Below are positions 15,760 through 18,736 of a stretch of DNA of 18,736 nt, piece by piece (position 1 is the first letter of the stretch; the number at the start of each line of letters is the position of its first letter). The stretch comes from an uncultured Lachnospiraceae bacterium. GTDB lineage: Bacteria; Bacillota; Clostridia; Lachnospirales; Lachnospiraceae. The notes under the pieces were generated by a model. The model searched no databases, had not been told where the DNA came from, and saw only the letters and a program-made list of their open reading frames with translations. A program made the translations under genes and the position numbers. The DNA lies in the NCBI GenBank assembly GCA_950087965.1, contig CATMZT010000056.1, positions 1-18,736 on the forward strand. Reading direction: 5' to 3'.

Positions 15760-16554
15760 ATGATAAAAACGGCACTTACAATAGCGGGAAGTGACTGTTC
15801 AGGCGGAGCGGGGATTCAGGCAGACTTAAAGACGATGACAATGCATGGCGTTTATGGAATGAGTGTGATTACAGCTTTGACGGCACAGAATACAAGAGGA
15901 GTGTCTGCAGTCTGTCCGGTGACAGAGGAATGTTTCAGGCAGCAGATAGACAGCATTTTTACAGATATTGTACCGGATGCAGTAAAGATTGGAATGATTG
16001 GTTCTAAGCGTTTGATTCCGATCCTTGCAGAAAGGCTTGCCTATTATCAGGCTGACAACCTTGTTATCGATCCCGTTATGGGTTCTACTAGCGGGACGGA
16101 ATTTTTAGGCAGAGAGGGAAAGACCGAGTTGACAAAGAGATTGTTTCCTATGGCAAGACTGATTACGCCTAATCTTTTAGAGGCGGAGCGATTAGTGAAC
16201 AGAACGATTCAAAGGAAAGCAGAGAGAGAGGCAGCGGCAGTGGAAATGGGTCAGCGGTATGGATGCAGTGTTCTGTTAAAGGGAGGACATGCAGCAGAGG
16301 ATGCAGATGATTTTCTTTATGAAATAAAACAAAATCGGAAAATCTGGATAAGCGGAGAACGATATTATGTTTCTAATACACATGGAACAGGATGTACCTT
16401 AAGTGCAGCGATTGTTTCTAATTTAGCAAAGGGAAAGGAATTAGAAGAGAGCGTGCGGCTGGCAAAAGAATATATCAGCGGAGCATTGCAGAAGGAGATT
16501 TTTCTTGGACATGGAAACGGTCCATTGAACCATATGTGGAATTTAGAAAATTAA
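15760..16554 (+). CDS. thiD: Hydroxymethylpyrimidine / phosphomethylpyrimidine kinase (264 aa from the ATG after RBS GGAGGGAG)
   Basis: ThiD/PdxK ribokinase-fold motifs (TIAGSDCSGGAGIQADLKT, GCTLSAAI). The longer ORF from 15676 overlaps thiE and lacks an RBS. Confidence 0.85.
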   Translation: MIKTALTIAGSDCSGGAGIQADLKTMTMHGVYGMSVITALTAQNTRGVSAVCPVTEECFRQQIDSIFTDIVPDAVKIGMIGSKRLIPILAERLAYYQADNLVIDPVMGSTSGTEFLGREGKTELTKRLFPMARLITPNLLEAERLVNRTIQRKAEREAAAVEMGQRYGCSVLLKGGHAAEDADDFLYEIKQNRKIWISGERYYVSNTHGTGCTLSAAIVSNLAKGKELEESVRLAKEYISGALQKEIFLGHGNGPLNHMWNLEN

Positions 16555-16633
16555 AAAACAGGCACAATAAGAAGGAAACACATTAGATAAGAGAAGAAAT
16601 AAAAACTAAAAAAATCGGCAGGAGGAAAAAAGA

Positions 16634-17932
16634 ATGTATGCTACACAGATGGAAGCTGCACGGAAAGGGATTCTTACAGAACAATTAAAAGCGGTTGCGG
16701 TTAAAGAACAAATGACAGCAGAGGAACTGATGCCGCTTGTAGCGGAGGGAAAAGTTGTGATCTGTGCAAATAAAAATCATGCCTGTTTAGATGCAGAAGG
16801 GATTGGATCGATGCTTCGCACAAAGATCAATGTCAATCTGGGAGTCTCAAAAGACTGTAAAGATAAGGAAGCAGAGATGAAAAAGGTACAAAAAGCAGTG
16901 GAAATGGGTGCTCACTCGATTATGGATTTATCTTCCCATGGAGATACACAGCCGTTTCGGAGGAAATTAACGGCAGAATGTCCGGCAATGATTGGAACCG
17001 TACCGGTTTATGATGCGGTAATTCATTATCAGCGGGATTTAGCGACACTTTGTGCACAGGACTTTTTAGATGTGATTCGGCTTCATGCAGAGGATGGAGT
17101 GGATTTTGTAACTTTGCACTGTGGGATTACCAGAAAGACAATCGAACAGATTCGAACGCAGAAGCGGAAAATGAATATTGTATCACGGGGAGGGTCTTTG
17201 GTATTTGCCTGGATGTGTATGACCGGAGAGGAAAATCCGTTTTATCAGTATTATGATGAAATTTTGGAAATTTGCCGGGAATATGATGTTACGATCTCTC
17301 TTGGAGATGCCTGTCGTCCGGGATGTCTGGCGGATGCTTCGGATGTCTGTCAGATAGAAGAATTGGTGCGGCTGGGAGAATTGACAAAACGTGCTTGGGA
17401 GAGAGATGTGCAGGTAATGGTGGAAGGTCCCGGGCATATGCCGATGGATCAAATTGCAGCGAATATGAAGATCCAGCAGACAATCTGTATGGGGGCACCT
17501 TTTTATGTGTTGGGACCTTTGGTAACCGATATTGCACCTGGGTATGATCATATTACGGCTGCGATTGGAGGAGCGATTGCGGCAGCGGCGGGAGCTTCTT
17601 TTCTGTGCTATGTAACTCCGGCGGAGCATTTGGCTTTGCCGAATTTAGAAGATGTGCGGCAGGGGATAATAGCTTCCCGAATTGCGGCTCATGCGGCTGA
17701 TATTGCAAAGGGGATTCGAGGGGCTAGGGAATTAGATGATGCAATGGCTCAGGCACGGCGGGAATTGGATTGGGAAAAGCAGTGGGAGTGTGCGATAGAT
17801 CCAAAAACGGCGAAGCAGATTCGGGAAGAGCGAAAACCGGAGCAGGAGGACAGTTGTTCGATGTGCGGAAAATTTTGTGCCGTTCGCAGTATGAATAAGG
17901 CTTTATCTGGGGAATATATTGATATTTTATAG
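16634..17932 (+). CDS. thiC: Phosphomethylpyrimidine synthase (432 aa)
   Basis: C-terminal radical-SAM-type C-x2-C-x4-C ([10 protein letters not shown]) and strong ThiC-family conservation. RBS GGCAGGAGG. Confidence 0.9.
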   Translation: MYATQMEAARKGILTEQLKAVAVKEQMTAEELMPLVAEGKVVICANKNHACLDAEGIGSMLRTKINVNLGVSKDCKDKEAEMKKVQKAVEMGAHSIMDLSSHGDTQPFRRKLTAECPAMIGTVPVYDAVIHYQRDLATLCAQDFLDVIRLHAEDGVDFVTLHCGITRKTIEQIRTQKRKMNIVSRGGSLVFAWMCMTGEENPFYQYYDEILEICREYDVTISLGDACRPGCLADASDVCQIEELVRLGELTKRAWERDVQVMVEGPGHMPMDQIAANMKIQQTICMGAPFYVLGPLVTDIAPGYDHITAAIGGAIAAAAGASFLCYVTPAEHLALPNLEDVRQGIIASRIAAHAADIAKGIRGARELDDAMAQARRELDWEKQWECAIDPKTAKQIREERKPEQEDSCSMCGKFCAVRSMNKALSGEYIDIL

Positions 17933-17970
17933 AAGGGGGATAGGGTGTAAAGGTTTTGGTGTTATAGTGT

Positions 17971-18248
17971 GGGCGGGGGGACGCTAGAGTGGGGAAAAGA
18001 TTCCTTGCCACTGTTCCGCTCTCCAAAAAGTAAGAAAGTCTAATGCTTTTGAATGTAGATACATCCAGCCGGACGGATCGGGGTGCAATTCGCCCGTACA
18101 GCGGGCTAAACACACCCCTTTTTTTGCCATTCGAGAATGGCAAAAAATCCTAGTGGATCGACAAAAGCATAAGACTTTCTAACTTTTCTCCGAAGTCACA
18201 GTGGCAAGGAATCTTTTCCCCACTCTGGCTGTTTTTTCCTGCCGATAA
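17971..18248 (+). repeat. Structured interspersed element (candidate ncRNA), copy R4, plus orientation
   Basis: Terminal stem gagtggggaaaagattccttgccactg / cagtggcaaggaatcttttccccactc. Conserved core (only the position after ccggacgga varies among copies). 3' tail ctggctgttttttcctgccgataag. Confidence 0.85.
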
Positions 18249-18256
18249 GTTTTTAT

Positions 18257-18388
18257 TTGATTCCTGTATCCATAGAGGTTCGAAAAAGGAAAACATAGAA
18301 ATTGATTTATGTATCCATAGAGGATCGAGAAAAGAAAACATAAAAGTTGATTCCTGTATTCATAGAGGATCGAGAAAGGAAACGTAAA
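18257..18388 (+). repeat. Tandem direct repeat, ~3 copies of a 45-bp unit (ttgattcctgtatccatagaggWtcgaRaaaRgaaaacRtaRaaR)
   Basis: Units at 18257, 18302 and 18347. The array sits between the convergent 3' ends of R4 and R5. There are no spacers, so it is not a CRISPR array. Confidence 0.85.
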
Positions 18389-18402
18389 TTGTGAGGCAAT
18401 AC

Positions 18403-18638
18403 AGCCAGAGTGCTTTAGGGAGACGCTGTGACTTCGGAGGAAAGCTAGAAGTTCTTAGACTTCTGTCGATTCTGTAGGATTTTCGGGCACTTGTGCCCGA
18501 AAAAGGCACGTGTTTAGCCTCCTGCAGAGGCGAATTGCGTGCCGGTCCGTTCGGTGGGATGCACGGAAATTCAGAAGTCTTAGAACTTCTGCTTTCTGGA
18601 GAGCGGAACACGTCTCCCTAAAACACTCTGGCGTCCCC
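18403..18638 (-). repeat. Structured interspersed element (candidate ncRNA), copy R5, minus orientation, the most divergent copy
   Basis: Same architecture as the other copies. Core hairpins carry compensatory replacements: ggcacg...cgtgcc instead of ggggtg...cacccc, gcctc/gaggc instead of gcccg/cgggc, and ttttcgggcac-ttgt-gtgcccgaaaaa instead of ttttttgccattc-gaga-atggcaaaaaa. Confidence 0.8.
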
Positions 18639-18736
18639 TTGGAGTTGAAATCGAATATTGAATATATAAAAAAAATATGCTAAACTATAAAAAGTGATTT
18701 TGGTAGAGTAATTGTTTTAACCTATTAACAATAATA

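Noticed and set aside
18150-18341. 63-aa - strand ORF with internally repeated peptide (MFSF..PLWI.. twice)
   Set aside because: Artifact of translating the 45-bp tandem DNA repeat.
18257-18388. CRISPR array (also considered for 13591-13763)
   Set aside because: Units are directly tandem with no unique spacers between them, and no cas genes are present. These are plain tandem repeats.
18640-18736. Possible promoter (ttgaat ... tataaa / taaact) at the window end
   Set aside because: AT-rich region with several equally weak hexamer pairs and no downstream gene visible in the window, so it is not reportable.

Overview
Firmicutes/Clostridia-like chromosomal segment with every credible gene on the + strand. 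It holds the 3' part of an FtsX/MacB-family ABC permease, tRNA-Leu(CAA), an orphan zf-HC2 anti-sigma factor, polA, coaE, an FtsA-like actin-family ATPase, pncB, and a TPP-riboswitch-led thiM-thiE-thiD-thiC operon. The gene at 9019-11457 is not ordinary: its product matches eukaryotic major vault protein (MVP) along its whole length, with N-terminal vault repeats, an SPFH-like shoulder and a C-terminal coiled coil. The intergenic DNA carries five copies (3 on +, 2 on -) of a ~240-280 nt element made of a long terminal stem, a conserved central core and a 3' T-run. The stems differ in sequence between copies yet stay complementary within each copy, which suggests a structured RNA or hairpin-forming DNA element under selection. 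One copy sits immediately upstream of the MVP gene. The shape (5'/3' panhandle plus T-run) recalls eukaryotic vault RNAs and Y RNAs, so a bacterial vault-like RNP is a speculative reading. Other non-genic structure includes two tandem-repeat arrays abutting element 3' ends, a paralogous ~95-nt module found after tRNA-Leu and in the thiM leader (compensatory stem changes and a synonymous-biased 30-codon reading frame), a 46-bp hairpin repeat present in inverted orientation at two loci, and a multi-hairpin region upstream of pncB.
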